NCBI GenBank assembly: GCA_900617105.1
Contig: UYFQ01000829.1
Coordinates: forward strand, 1-64,000
Source of the DNA: Hydrurus foetidus
Lineage: Eukaryota
Reading direction: 5' to 3'
Length of the DNA stretch: 64,000 nt
This document shows positions 48,167-59,418 of this stretch, piece by piece (position 1 is the first letter of the stretch; the number at the start of each line of letters is the position of its first letter). The translations under genes and the position numbers were made by a program. A model generated the notes under the pieces. It saw nothing but the letters and a program-made list of their open reading frames with translations. It ran no database searches and was not told the origin of the DNA.

Positions 48167-50466
48167 TCACATTTCATCATCAGTATCAGTATCATCATCA
48201 TCATCGATCATATCATTATGTCTCACATAATAATTTAAAACAGCTCTCTCTACAGCCTCAGTTTCTTCTTCTATTCCAGTACGTACACCCTCTCTCGGAT
48301 CGTAAGTACCTTCTGGTGCTATCTGCATCGTTCCGCAGCTTTCTTCCTTGACGTATACTTTAAAGTTTGGAGGTAAAGAGTTGTCTTCCTGCGGCATTGG
48401 CAGAGTCCCAGTTTTAATAAAGGTCCGATTGATGCAGTCTTTAAATTTTTGCTCACGAAACTCTTGTCCAAACAGTCGGAATAGGTCGGTAATACCTTCG
48501 ATCTGTGTAGGCTTTGGAGGGTCAAATTCAGCATTTTTTCTCTCAGCTACTGGAAGCTTGTTGTCTTCTTCCCTCTCTTTTTTAAAAACTTGAAAGCTGT
48601 TGTAAAGCCTGTTTGCACGATTAGTCCGAATATGGGCCTTTAGGGGACCATTGACAACAAGATCCAGGACCTGTAATTCCGAAGTCATGTTTCTTGGAAG
48701 GTAAGCGACATCAATCCCGATATCATCTATTACATCCCTAACAGTTTTAGTCTTATGGCTTCCACAGTTGTCATTCCATAGCAGCATTTTTCCTAGTTTT
48801 TCCTTGATTGGTTTCATAACAATTTCAAACCACAGTACCATTCTGACTGTGTCATTCCATGCTTTATGTTGACTTGTTATTACGTGACCCGTTTCTTGGT
48901 GAATTATGTATACCACTCTATGCAGAGCTGTTACTCCTGTTATTGTCATCATTTTCTCCCATGTAAACTTTGACCATCCATCGTCGACGGTAAAACCCGG
49001 TTTCTTGTGTAGCTCACGGATAACTGTCATTTTGCTCTGATCCGGCCGTTTTTCGGAACTCACAGAATGTTTCATAATCATCATCAACGGTGCGAAATCA
49101 CCAGCTGCATTTACTGCCACCACAGCAGTTATTCTCATCTTATCGTTTGATATTCCGATGTTCGTTGCTCTCTTCTGATTTGCCGGACAAAAAATGTGTG
49201 TGGGTCCGATAGCCCATGTGAACGCAGTTTCATCGAAGTTGAACGTGGTTGTTGCATCATGTACATTGTCGATGTAAAGTTGCTGTCCAATATCAAGTAC
49301 GTATGCTATTTCCTCATCGTCTGGAACATCTTTATCTTCTTTCGTAATCTTGCGCCTTGTCAGCCCCCCTCTTCTAAGGAATCCTTGTGTCCACTTATGG
49401 GAGAATTGCAGCTCCTTGATCTTTGTGTTTTGAATCCAATGAATTCTGCTCTACACGTCTTTAGCAGCTTCTTCGATTATGGCGTAGGAATAAGTAACAT
49501 TGACTAGTACCCGAACTTCTTTTTCATCACCCTGAGAAGTGTAAGTACATAGTAGGTTGAGTTAGGGAACGTACGCACTTCTTATCAAAGACCCGAATAC
49601 ACACTTACAAATAAAATCTTTATTACCTTCTTATTGAATACACACAGCATTAAATTTCCCCACACCTCCGATTCGAATACTTCATCTACTTTCCTTCCAG
49701 CTCGCTGACTTTCACTGTCTTTTAAATCGTACCAACGATTGATCGTACGTCTTGTAATTTGAGAGTAATATTTTGAATTCTGCAATATTTTTATTGCTAC
49801 TTTTGCAGCTAGTTTATTCGCATGTTTATGATCTCTTTCTTTAGCAACTTCTCTTATTATTCCATAGAGTGAAAGGACCTTCTCTTGGTCTTCCTCAGAG
49901 AATATTACGTACTTGTCAGGTATCGCCGATAGGGCATCAAGAACCCTCATATCATCCATAAAATCATTATGTAGTCCTATTGAATCGTCCTCTTCATCGC
50001 TACTACTACTGTCACTGTTAATTTCAATATCTTCATTCTCATTTTCATTTTGTTTCATTTTTCCTTTCTTGGATTTCTTTAATGCAGACTCTAAGTAGAA
50101 GTCCGCATGCTTTTTTCCAAAAAGTTTTTCAGTATTTGCAATTATTTTGTCGGCACTATTTTGCGTTGCTCTGCGTGATAATTTCGACGGCGATTTTCTT
50201 GTTATTAATTTACAATTTGGTGTTTCGATTTCATTCTGTTCGGCTATTTGGGCAGTCTCTATTTCTGATATGAGTGGTAAATACAGCGCGGCGAAAACTG
50301 AACTAGCTGTATGGTGAGATGAGATTCCATAATTGCTTCTCAACATCAATTCATCACGTATAATTGCTACCCTAGACATCACGCTATCGTGCGATTCATC
50401 AGTTGTAGGGTTATGCAACGATGTAAAAATGATTTCTGTGCTTCTCCCTGACGCTGCTGTGCACAA
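48167..50466 (-). pseudogene. pogo/Fot1/CENP-B-like (DDE_1) transposase, DD35D; intron about 49534-49626; one premature TAG near 49452
   Basis: HTH FSHKWTQGFLRRGGLTRRKIT; FNFDET; RITAVVAVNAAG; AWND; DNCGSH; LPRNMTSELQVLD. 35 residues counted between the second and third Asp. Confidence 0.88.
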
Positions 50467-50579
50467 CGGACGGAGAACCTAACTCTGAGATCGATCCAAC
50501 TTCGCTGGATGTCAGCGCGAGAGAGCGCTTCCAAGAAGACAGCAAGAGCAGAGAGGAAGATCAAACCATCGAGAAAGAG

Positions 50580-51587
50580 ATGTGCAACATCTTGCTTCTC
50601 TCGATCATAGCAGTAGTCCAGGTGATAGAGGGGTGCGGATATCTGTCGGGGGATCCCGTCGACATAGCTTTAGATACGGCAGCCATTGAGGCGTGCCTTA
50701 AGATGAGCTCAGATGAGTTTGTGGGCATCAGCAGAGAGAGGGTAATGCTCATCAGCGACTTCTTGCCCTACTTACCTAAGTCGGGTCCTCTGTCTAACGT
50801 CGAGAGTCTTTGTGAAGACTCCTGTTCAGCGAAGTCTTTGAGCAGGACTAGAAGATTCTATGTCCTCAACGAGGACTTCAGAACGTTGTTGACTCCTCAT
50901 AGGGCAGATCTGCCTGCGGCCACTCTGGACTCTTGCAAGAATCTCTACGCTCACGCTTCGGAGATGATGTTCCCAACTCCACCCTCTGGCAGGATGAGCT
51001 CTGTTAGGATTCTGGACTCCAGGAAGAAAGATCTTACGATCATGGGAGGCGAGTTCATGAGACTGACCGAGAGGATGGCCTGCAACGTTCCCTCGAGTTT
51101 CATTCTCCTAGTCTCGTCACGAGACAATGCTCATGTCCTGTCGTTGTTAACAGCTCGACCAGAGGTCGAGAATCGAGCAAGATATGAACCCTCTGTCAAC
51201 AAGAGCTTAGAGTTGAGGAACCTCATGGGACAGATACTGTCCTGCAGATCATTAGATGTTCCCAGAGAGGTGGAAGCCTTTGCGCACTCGAGTCGAGGGA
51301 GGATCTATTTCATGACTTCCAACGTTAGAGACATCATCGATGCCGAGCTAAGCTCCATCGCAAACAAGCACAAGGTGACTGTGCTCTACCTCGGAGCAGA
51401 GCTAAGTCGTTTTGAAGAGAGTTACCTAACCGAAGAGTTGGGCTTGGTCGACGTCACAGACTCTCTACTCACTAGACCTCCTATGCCGTGGATAGTGGAC
51501 ACTAGCGTGCCTTCCGATATGCCTATAAGGTGCTATTGCGCAGAGAATCTGGCCTGCGGAGTAGGACTTCAGTGCCTCAACATATAG
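50580..51587 (+). CDS. Hypothetical intronless protein, probably 5'-truncated, of foreign origin
   Basis: 335-aa ORF; frame stays open upstream to about 50433; stop codon directly abuts the stop of the convergent RNAP-like ORF; no recognisable domain. Confidence 0.6.
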   Translation: MCNILLLSIIAVVQVIEGCGYLSGDPVDIALDTAAIEACLKMSSDEFVGISRERVMLISDFLPYLPKSGPLSNVESLCEDSCSAKSLSRTRRFYVLNEDFRTLLTPHRADLPAATLDSCKNLYAHASEMMFPTPPSGRMSSVRILDSRKKDLTIMGGEFMRLTERMACNVPSSFILLVSSRDNAHVLSLLTARPEVENRARYEPSVNKSLELRNLMGQILSCRSLDVPREVEAFAHSSRGRIYFMTSNVRDIIDAELSSIANKHKVTVLYLGAELSRFEESYLTEELGLVDVTDSLLTRPPMPWIVDTSVPSDMPIRCYCAENLACGVGLQCLNI

Positions 51588-52448
51588 TCATCTGAATTCC
51601 ATGCTTATGCCATCCTTCTGGTACATCATGAGAGCAAAGCTAATCGTCGAGTGCCTTGTGGTCACAAGGCCACAGTCAGAGACGCTAGGGCTCTCGTTTC
51701 CGATGGCTTTACCCTTAGGGTCGCAGTCGCACAGGAATTGAAGGCATCTGCACGCATTGCACACGTACGCGGTGACCGCGTCGCTCCTGAGAGTGAACTC
51801 CTTTAAAACGTTGGTCAGACCGTTGCCCAACATCTGCTGAATCTCCATCTCTCCCAGGGTCACAGACCCTCCCGCTTGTTTGCCCCTAAGGGAAGTTCTA
51901 GTGAACTTGGTAGACTCGATCCTCGTGTACTGGAGCTTGTCGTTAGTCATGAAGGGAGACTGCATCAATCTGATGATTCCATAGTTACACGTGGATGCCT
52001 CGCTAACGTAGTTGCTCTCTCTCCCGAAGCACTGTGTCCAGTGGGACACATGATCACCTCGACCATAAGTGAACTTCGATTCGTAGTCGCTCATGAGCTC
52101 CATACTCCTTTGCTGGAAGTCGATGCTCTGCATCTCTTCAGTATCGGGGCATATGAAGTGCAAGTACTCTAAAGGACCTTTATCTACGTGCAACATTAGC
52201 ACTGTTGTAAGTCCTCTCTTCGAAATTCCACGTGTAAATATTTGCAATCCATGCTTCAATGCGACGCAATGAACACGTAAATTTGGCGTTTCAGAATACT
52301 GTAAAACATTCAATGAAGCGGCTAGCTGTTCAGCCGACCACTGTTCACGTATGTTCCCCAAAGTAACTACATGTCTAGCTATCACTATTGCGACCATAAA
52401 GGCGCAATAGTCTATCACTAGCTCATATTCCTTCGCTTTTGCTTTCAT
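51588..52448 (-). CDS. Chimeric ORF whose C-terminal about 190 aa resemble the C-terminus of a highly divergent RNA polymerase beta/RPB2 subunit
   Basis: GIIRLMQSPFMTNDKLQYTR...RGKQAGGSVTLGEMEIQQMLGNG...LKEFTLRSD...VCNAC..LCDC parallels RPB2 HMVDDK.H.R...GR...GGLRFGEME...L.ERL...SD...VCxxC zinc ribbon. Confidence 0.75.
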   Translation of the reverse strand: MKAKAKEYELVIDYCAFMVAIVIARHVVTLGNIREQWSAEQLAASLNVLQYSETPNLRVHCVALKHGLQIFTRGISKRGLTTVLMLHVDKGPLEYLHFICPDTEEMQSIDFQQRSMELMSDYESKFTYGRGDHVSHWTQCFGRESNYVSEASTCNYGIIRLMQSPFMTNDKLQYTRIESTKFTRTSLRGKQAGGSVTLGEMEIQQMLGNGLTNVLKEFTLRSDAVTAYVCNACRCLQFLCDCDPKGKAIGNESPSVSDCGLVTTRHSTISFALMMYQKDGISMEFR

Positions 52449-53117
52449 TTCTCCTGATATGAGGGAGGTTCCAGAAAGTTAGAATAACTGTTCTCCCATC
52501 TAGAGAGCACTTTTGAACCGTTTAATTAGCACTTTTTGACGACACATTCAACCCTCAAATCTTACCGAAACAGTGTCAATACTCCGCAATGAGTTCGAGA
52601 GTTGCAGAACCTTAAAGTTTTGAGATGGTGCGCCGTGCAAAATATTACCGAGCAACAGTCGATCACCAGAAAAGATTAGGCAGCCCAGAAGCAGATATCA
52701 CACAGCTCCACACCATGTCAACGAATTTCATTGATATGGATTACCCATCGAGATAGTTGTGTTCCTTTGAGGACACCATTATTGTGACATCATGGTCGAT
52801 GTCGCCAAAAATGATCGTAATACCGTAAAAAATTACAAATAATAGGGCACTCTACGGAACCGAAATCCTGTTCCTTTTTCAAATGAATTCCGGTGTACAT
52901 AAGGCCCTTCCTAGTGGAGTACAAATTACAAAATACAAAATTTGAAAATTTTTGAACTTTTATTTTTGTACTTTGTACCTCTACGGTTGTAGTGGTTGAC
53001 AAAATACGAAAGCTCTGTTTTGTATCTTTTTTAAACCTCACGTTTGTAGTGGATGTCATTTTACAAAACACAAATTTCAACCTCCAAATTTTTTTGCCAC
53101 CACCTCAATTCTGCAAG

Positions 53118-53953
53118 ATGGTCAAAAACAAGGTTATGCAAGCCAAATCCAAGTCCGTGAAGAAACTTCTCGAGAAACTCAAAGCTCCCCAGTTGAAGGC
53201 GTTGCAGTATCTTCTTGCTGCAAATGCCTATGTCTCAATTATTGAGGGATCTGCTCGGAGAAAGAAGACGCAGAAAGAAGACATGGAAATGTGAGTTGTT
53301 TAAACTCTGATTATAGCATTTTAACCTCTCAAGAACTCATCAATTTGATTGTCACTTGATAGATTATACCATGGTGATGGCGGCGACCAGCTTGGTCAAG
53401 TCAACCAACTGTTGAATAGGAATAATCGCTATAAAGTCTTATGGGACGGAGATAAATTTGGTTCTGGGTTTGGGATTTTTAGCGGTGTTACCAAAAATTC
53501 CGTCAAGGAAATCATCAATATGCCGACCACTTGAGTTCATATGCAGAAACACTTGAGTTCATTCTGGGATCTAATGGAGAACCTGTACCTGAACCAGTGT
53601 ATCAATCCTCCATTCCAATGCATCAGCCTACCATTGTGCCATCAGCATCTACTCACCTTTTCAGTAAGAAACCATCTCTACCTGTTGGACTCAAAAGCTC
53701 TGCCCCCAGCGAGCTTCGTAAAGTTAAATAGAAGATTGCAGCTCAGGCCCCAGTGAACGCACTAGCAAACACCGTCATTGGCAGCAGCGGAAGCAGCAGC
53801 AGCAGAATGAGCATCGGGAGCAGCGGGAGCAAAAGGGACAGCAACCAAGAGAAATCCAGCAGTAGCAGCAGTAGCAACAGTAGCAGCAGCAGCAGCAGCA
53901 GCAACAAGGAAGGCAAGAGGTTAGTGAAAAAGAGAACTACTCATAGTGTTTAA
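53118..53953 (+). pseudogene. Harbinger accessory ORF2 remnant (intron about 53291-53362, frameshifts)
   Basis: MVKNKVMQAKSK...; GTGAGT...TAG intron; Ser-rich tail; convergent with the transposase. Confidence 0.5.
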
Positions 53954-54233
53954 TTGATTTATAACTTGCATTGTTACAATTGGTTTTTGTATTGTGTACT
54001 CCACTACGATCGAGAGGTACAAAAATCAGGATACAAAAAAAGGAAAAATAAATATGCTTCGAAAGTATGAGAATATAAGTTGAAACTTGTTAATATAATT
54101 ATGTGAATAGATTTAACGATAAATAAAGTTTAAAATTTTGTATGTTTATTTTGTACTCCACTACAATCGAACGGATACAAAATAAGAATGAATAAATACA
54201 ATACATGATAGACAAGGACTTAAAAACATTAAC

Positions 54234-55218
54234 CTAGAGCCATTTGACGGAAGATGAATCTTTGGAAGGGCATATCAGTGAGGTCCACGATGGATACCCT
54301 CCATCAACAAGAATCCAGGCACCTTTGTAGTTCTCCTCTATACCCCTTTCATTATACAGAGAGAACACATTGTCAGCAAGATAATTACTTCTCTGAATGT
54401 CGGTAATGAAGTCATCAAATCGGACTGTAGTAGTATCGTTCCATCGTCCCGGGAAGCCAACAGTTGTTGCAAGTATCTGCCGGCGGTGATTGACAACAAG
54501 TTGATATGCACGAGTTGTATGAGAATCCTTTCCCCAAGATTCTGATTCTTTAAGCGCGCATAGCACTTCTCCATTATAATGTGAGTAACATCTGCAGACC
54601 CAATACATCCATCGAATGCCGCCGCCTTAAACTCTGACATATGATCTCTGATTTCTTCTTCAGTTTCTGAGCGTTTCACCTACATGGGATAGGAAACTCC
54701 CTGCAAGCTTTGACAAACAAATTGAAGAAAACGCGATGTGACTCCTCAGATACCCCTGTAGCCTCGGCGATATCGTCAAAAGTCCACCCTCTTCCTAGAT
54801 AGCGCAAAGCACCCAGAATGAATAAATCCAATGGAATCCCAGGTTGGTGACATGCATTCCGCCGTTCGTAAGTGGGAAACCATTTTTGCTCTCTCGCCAG
54901 TTTCACTAGACCTTGAAACTTGGCGTCGGGCATCCTGAATCGTCGCCTGAACTGGGCGTATTGACTTTTATTTTTGAACCAACCGACTCCAGATACATAT
55001 CTTCGGTACCATTCCGACTTCACAGCTTGGAATGGATCATACCCTTGATAGTTCCTTGCAGCATATGGTCTTTTTTCTTTAACAACTACTTGTTTCTGTT
55101 CTTCTTTACCCTCTTCATCCTCCTCGTCATCATTTCTATCTCGTTTCCTTCTATACGCAGCCCATTTATCAAATACGACGATTCCTTCATCATCAAAGAT
55201 ACTAGTGAACCTCTCCAT
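54234..55218 (-). pseudogene. Harbinger (DDE_Tnp_4/Plant_tran-like) transposase, frameshifted and 3'-truncated
   Basis: FRRRFRMP; LGALRYLGRGWTFDDIAEATGVSEE; GCIGSADVTHI; PGRWND; ILVDGGY. Confidence 0.9.
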
Positions 55219-55608
55219 CTCAAATCAACTTTCAGATGTTGAATTGATGTTGATTAGGAGGAGCTGTTAGTAATATAAATATTTTTTTTCTAATTATGTA
55301 CCTGTACAATCGAGGTACAAAAAAGCTCAAGAATTTTGTCACAAGGGGCCTGTTTTGTACCTCGACAAAACAGGAAATTTACTTTTTTTTAATTTTTTTG
55401 TTTTTTGTACTCCACTACAATCAAGAATACAAGTAAGAGGTACAAAACAGGAATTTTGTATTTTGTATTTTGTACTCCACTGGGACCGACCTAAGGACCG
55501 GCCTTAACTGGTTGGTCAAACCTGCTCTTGACAACTCGAAATTAAGGCTCACTCCTCAGTTCTCAATTCACTGAGGTAGCAGGCATAGATTCACAAAACT
55601 CCATCACC

Positions 55609-56275
55609 ATGTCTTATCTGCTCGCGCATCTTCGGTCTGGATGGGCAGTCGATCAGGCGATTCTGTCGGAAGAACAGAGAGTTGTAATTTTACGTTTTGG
55701 ACACGACTGGGACCCTGTATGTAAGTGTTCTTGTGCTTCTGAGACTTGCTGCGGCCTTCCTCCTCGACGAAAGCATCCTACCCTTCATACCCTGCGAAAC
55801 TCGATGAAAAAAGTAGATGATCTTATTCCGTTTTAGATCACTAGCGCCTAAAAGGCTTTGACGCGATTCTTCATCATGGCATAATAGAATGAAAGTGAAT
55901 CATATGTGCCATACGGCGAATACTAAATTCTTTGCGCACATTTATTTCATCGCAACAGGCATGGAAATGGACGAAGTGCTGTGCGGCATCGCAGACGACG
56001 TCAAGAACTTCGCCACTGTCTACTTAATCGATATATCTGAAGTTCCAGATTTCAATACAATGTACGAGTTGTATGACCCTTGCACGGTTATGTTTTTCTT
56101 CCGAAATAAGCATATCATGATAGATTTAGGGACAGGAAACAACAACAAAATTAATTGGGCATTTAACTCGAAGCAGGAGATGATTGATATTGTGGAGACT
56201 GTTTATAGGGGTGCTAGAAAAGGAAGGGGGTTGGTGATATCACCGAAGGACTACAGTACAAAATACAAGTATTAA
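55609..56275 (+). CDS. DIM1: U5 snRNP thioredoxin-like protein Dim1/TXNL4A, 142 aa; exons 55609-55720 and 55959-56275
   Basis: MSYLLAHLRSGWAVDQAILSEEQRVVILRFGHDWDPVCMEMDEVL...YELYDPCTVMFFFRNKHIMIDLGTGNNNKINWA...KDYSTKYKY; GTAAGT...ACAG intron. Confidence 0.98.
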
Positions 56276-56946
56276 TTCTCTGAAAAGTTGGCTGGAAAGT
56301 GTAATGATGTCATAGGATTTCACAGATGGCATGTATCCTTTCCCTTTTTAAGAACAGACATCTGTTGACACTGTACATTTGCAGATAGTTATGTATACTC
56401 ACCTTCTCATGTGTATACCGAACAATGATAGTAGAGCATTGCACCTTCTTCCATGCCACATCAATGTTAGATCCAGTTACACATGGCGCATACGATCTGA
56501 TGCGCCATTTCAGACTTAGTGCTGTACTTATTTCCCCTGATATTCTTACCTTATTTACTGTCGTTTGTAAGAGTAAGAAATATGACACCGTGGCTGTTGA
56601 CTCGTTTTGAACTCTCGATGCAATTTTATTGCGAAATATATTAGAAGCGCCTTTTCGCCTCACTGTAAAAGAAGAGATTTGGATTGAAACTGAAAATGAA
56701 ATTGAAAAGTGACTACTTCCACTTTCAAGAAAAAATATAATGCGTCGTAACAAAGGATCGTGTTGTGCGGAATCGAAGGTATAGGGTCATGCTGTTGAAG
56801 TTGAAGTTGGTCTGTACTGTATGTGCAGTCGCTCTGTATCTGTTGCTGTACGGTATAGTACCGCACAATACTGTACGTTACGGTGGACGGTAGTGAGAGG
56901 TGTGGAGTAGTGTGATGGGATGTCATGTACAGTCCAGTATCGTCTC

Positions 56947-59304
56947 CTAGATCACTGCAATGGCGCTTGATGATGAATGAGGACGAGAAGTGTTGAAGAA
57001 TATTCTCAATTCAATGGGAGGAAGGGGTGGGGGTGGGGGGTGCCGTACCACGTATATCGGAACTACCACATTATCTTCAAATAATTTAAACCATCTGGAA
57101 AACACTCCTTTACCAGCTTTATATCTCACCCGATGAAAATCTTCTTCACTTCTCGGACTATTTATTCTATAATTCTTTTTCTCTGCTGCACCACGGGATG
57201 CACTCATTTTGTCTTCACCTCTGAACTTCACATTTGGCTGCTTAGGTAGCATTTCTTCCATTCCTAGCAATTCACTGTCACCTTCAGAGAATTTACTCGG
57301 TTCTGAGTGCTTACTGTCTCCTGAGGAGGAGGAAGATGGGACCTTCTCACGGTGACATTCAGACAGTATACCGGACTCAATATTAAGTTGACTTCCAAAT
57401 GAATTGTTTCTGGCCTCATGTGATTCGAGAACCGGGTTTGGGAAATTCATTTTATCAGACGAATTTCTGATACTTCCAGGGTTGCTTTCAAATCCATATG
57501 ATTCTGACGATCTTTCTCCGCTTTCCATCGCATCAGAATCATCATTGCGCCTTATATTTTTACCCGGATTTATTCTCTTTTTCAGTATATAATTGCTGCC
57601 GTTTATATAGTCGGTGGAGAGGTGGTCAGTGCAAGGAGCAGTCTGAGTTTTATCATTCCCATGTTTGTCTCTTTCTCTCTCTATCTTAAAGAAGTCAATA
57701 GCTGCTTGTGTGAGCGCTCCACAGATGAACAAGTTCGTGAGAACGATAAAAGATGTCGCGAAATAAATGTTCTCAGCGCTACCAAGATTTTTCGGAAACA
57801 TTTCTGCAGCAGCATACGCAACCGGTCCACGTAATCCAGCTAACATCAAAATGTGCTGTGCATTCATGTTGATGTACAGCGGTTTCGCTACTTTTGAAGT
57901 TGTGCTCTCATCGTCTGCGCTTGCAGCGTCCAGCTCCATCGCCTCGATTTCGTTGGTAGATCCGTCCTCAGAAGGCGTAACGGTTTCTGAAACGGAATAA
58001 CAGCAGTAGAACTTCATCGCACCGTTATAAACATTCGTCACATAGGACAGTGGATAGATTTGAGCCGCCCTGCTGAGTATGGTGAGTAAAATAGACCAAC
58101 ACATGAACTTTGCGTCGATGTGTTTCGAACTGCTTATTAGTCTCCTCGCCAGTGACATTCCGATGCAAAAGAAGACGAAGGTCTCTATAAAACGGGATAA
58201 TACTGATAGATTGAGGAAGAGGCTCTCTTTGTCGCTCATGCTGATGATACCACCGATTTCTAAGCAGTATCGAAATGAGATCGCAGCGAACATGCACGAG
58301 ATAATACCCGACAACTCCAACACATTGCAACTCAAATACGAGATATAGATGAGAGGAATGACATAGCAGATAATCATGTTCTTGTTTTCTCTGATTTTGT
58401 TCAGTTTGTAGAGGTATGCTGCTATGCCGCCTATCAGTGATCCGATGCTCATAGAGGCAAGAAGTGAGACGAGCAAATACACAGTCGCACCCAGACCAAC
58501 ATTAACTGACATCTTCTTTTTCGCCAGAATTGATAGAAATATCCTGTACAGAATGATGGATACTGCATCGTCTATGGTAGATGCGCCGTAGACGATGGCG
58601 CTCAGGGAAGGGTCAACTTTCAAATCAGCGAAAACAGCCAAAGTGGAAACAGGATCTGTTGAGCTTATCAAAGCGCCAAATGCTAAACACTCCATCAATG
58701 AAATACTCAGCGAAAAATGGAAACTTCCCGCAAAATACAGCCCGTAACCAAAAACAAGAGCATTTATGCATGTTCCGATGTTAGCAAATATCGTTATAGC
58801 GAACCAATTCGAGAAAAAGTGCGACCGATCTTGATCAAAGCCCGCTTGAAATATGAGGGGCGGCAGCAAAGACCAGAAAAAGAAGTCGGCGTCAAAGTTA
58901 TTCGCAATATCTGTATATCCATACGTTGATGTTATAACCGAGAGTAGCGCGCCAATAATGATGGCCACTCCAGGTGTTGATAAATGGTAAATTTTCCATA
59001 GTACAATAGACCTACTTCCTATCCACAGAACAATCACGAGGGAGAGGAAGTAGAGCAGACTGAATAGCTGGGTTTTGACGACTGGATCATTTTGAAAAGA
59101 GCTGAGGCCCCAGCCACCGAAGCTGCTTGATGTCGCTACGGCGGTAGAATTGCTCGACATAGAAGCACGGCGGAAAATTGCGGAATTTTCGACGTGTTTA
59201 ACGAGTGCTTCGCGATTTTGGACGCGCCAGGAATATGTGGTAACATCACTGGCATTAGCCTGTAGGAGGTCGTCGACTAGAGAATAAAGTAACGCATCCA
59301 TCAT
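56947..59304 (-). CDS. Na+/H+ exchanger (CPA1, NHE8/NHX-like), 785 aa, apparently intronless
   Basis: FFFWSLLPPLIFQAG, FGALISSTDPVSTLAVF, LSGIIS, AGLRGPVAYA; many TM helices; Ser-rich tail. Confidence 0.92.
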   Translation of the reverse strand: MMDALLYSLVDDLLQANASDVTTYSWRVQNREALVKHVENSAIFRRASMSSNSTAVATSSSFGGWGLSSFQNDPVVKTQLFSLLYFLSLVIVLWIGSRSIVLWKIYHLSTPGVAIIIGALLSVITSTYGYTDIANNFDADFFFWSLLPPLIFQAGFDQDRSHFFSNWFAITIFANIGTCINALVFGYGLYFAGSFHFSLSISLMECLAFGALISSTDPVSTLAVFADLKVDPSLSAIVYGASTIDDAVSIILYRIFLSILAKKKMSVNVGLGATVYLLVSLLASMSIGSLIGGIAAYLYKLNKIRENKNMIICYVIPLIYISYLSCNVLELSGIISCMFAAISFRYCLEIGGIISMSDKESLFLNLSVLSRFIETFVFFCIGMSLARRLISSSKHIDAKFMCWSILLTILSRAAQIYPLSYVTNVYNGAMKFYCCYSVSETVTPSEDGSTNEIEAMELDAASADDESTTSKVAKPLYINMNAQHILMLAGLRGPVAYAAAEMFPKNLGSAENIYFATSFIVLTNLFICGALTQAAIDFFKIERERDKHGNDKTQTAPCTDHLSTDYINGSNYILKKRINPGKNIRRNDDSDAMESGERSSESYGFESNPGSIRNSSDKMNFPNPVLESHEARNNSFGSQLNIESGILSECHREKVPSSSSSGDSKHSEPSKFSEGDSELLGMEEMLPKQPNVKFRGEDKMSASRGAAEKKNYRINSPRSEEDFHRVRYKAGKGVFSRWFKLFEDNVVVPIYVVRHPPPPPLPPIELRIFFNTSRPHSSSSAIAVI

Positions 59305-59418
59305 CTAAAAAAAGGTTGAATGTTGTTTGGCAACAGAAGTTTCGTTGGGGCCGACAAAATTTGGTGGAATATGTGGCATTTTTCCAAAATTAAAAAAGTT
59401 TTTGGACCCTGGACCCTG

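Larger units (their letters stand above)
52903..55491 (-). mobile_element. PIF/Harbinger DNA transposon (defective), nested in the TIR of 46883-55503
   Basis: About 40-bp imperfect TIRs GGCCCTTCCTAGTGGAGTACAAATTACAAAATACAAAATT and AATTTTGTATTTTGTATTTTGTACTCCACTGGGACCGACC. TAA TSD at 52900-52902 and 55492-55494. Two convergent genes. Confidence 0.92.
46883..55503. mobile_element. Cargo-carrying TIR element with TTA TSD (about 6 kb without the nested Harbinger)
   Basis: Left TIR GGCCGGTCCCTATGTACAACGGAATTC. Right TIR GAATTCCGGTGTACATAA|GGACCGGCC is split by the 52903-55491 insertion. Subterminal IR CCGTAGAGTGCCCTATTATTTGTAATTTTTT at about 47052 and its complement at about 52827. TTA at 46880-46882 and 55504-55506. 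Confidence 0.85.
46488..55524. mobile_element. hAT-type MITE (about 0.41 kb of its own sequence) hosting nested insertions
   Basis: TIRs CAGGCTTGACCAA (46488-46500) and TTGGTCAAACCTG (55512-55524); perfect 8-bp TSD CTCTTGAC at 46480-46487 and 55525-55532. Confidence 0.9.
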
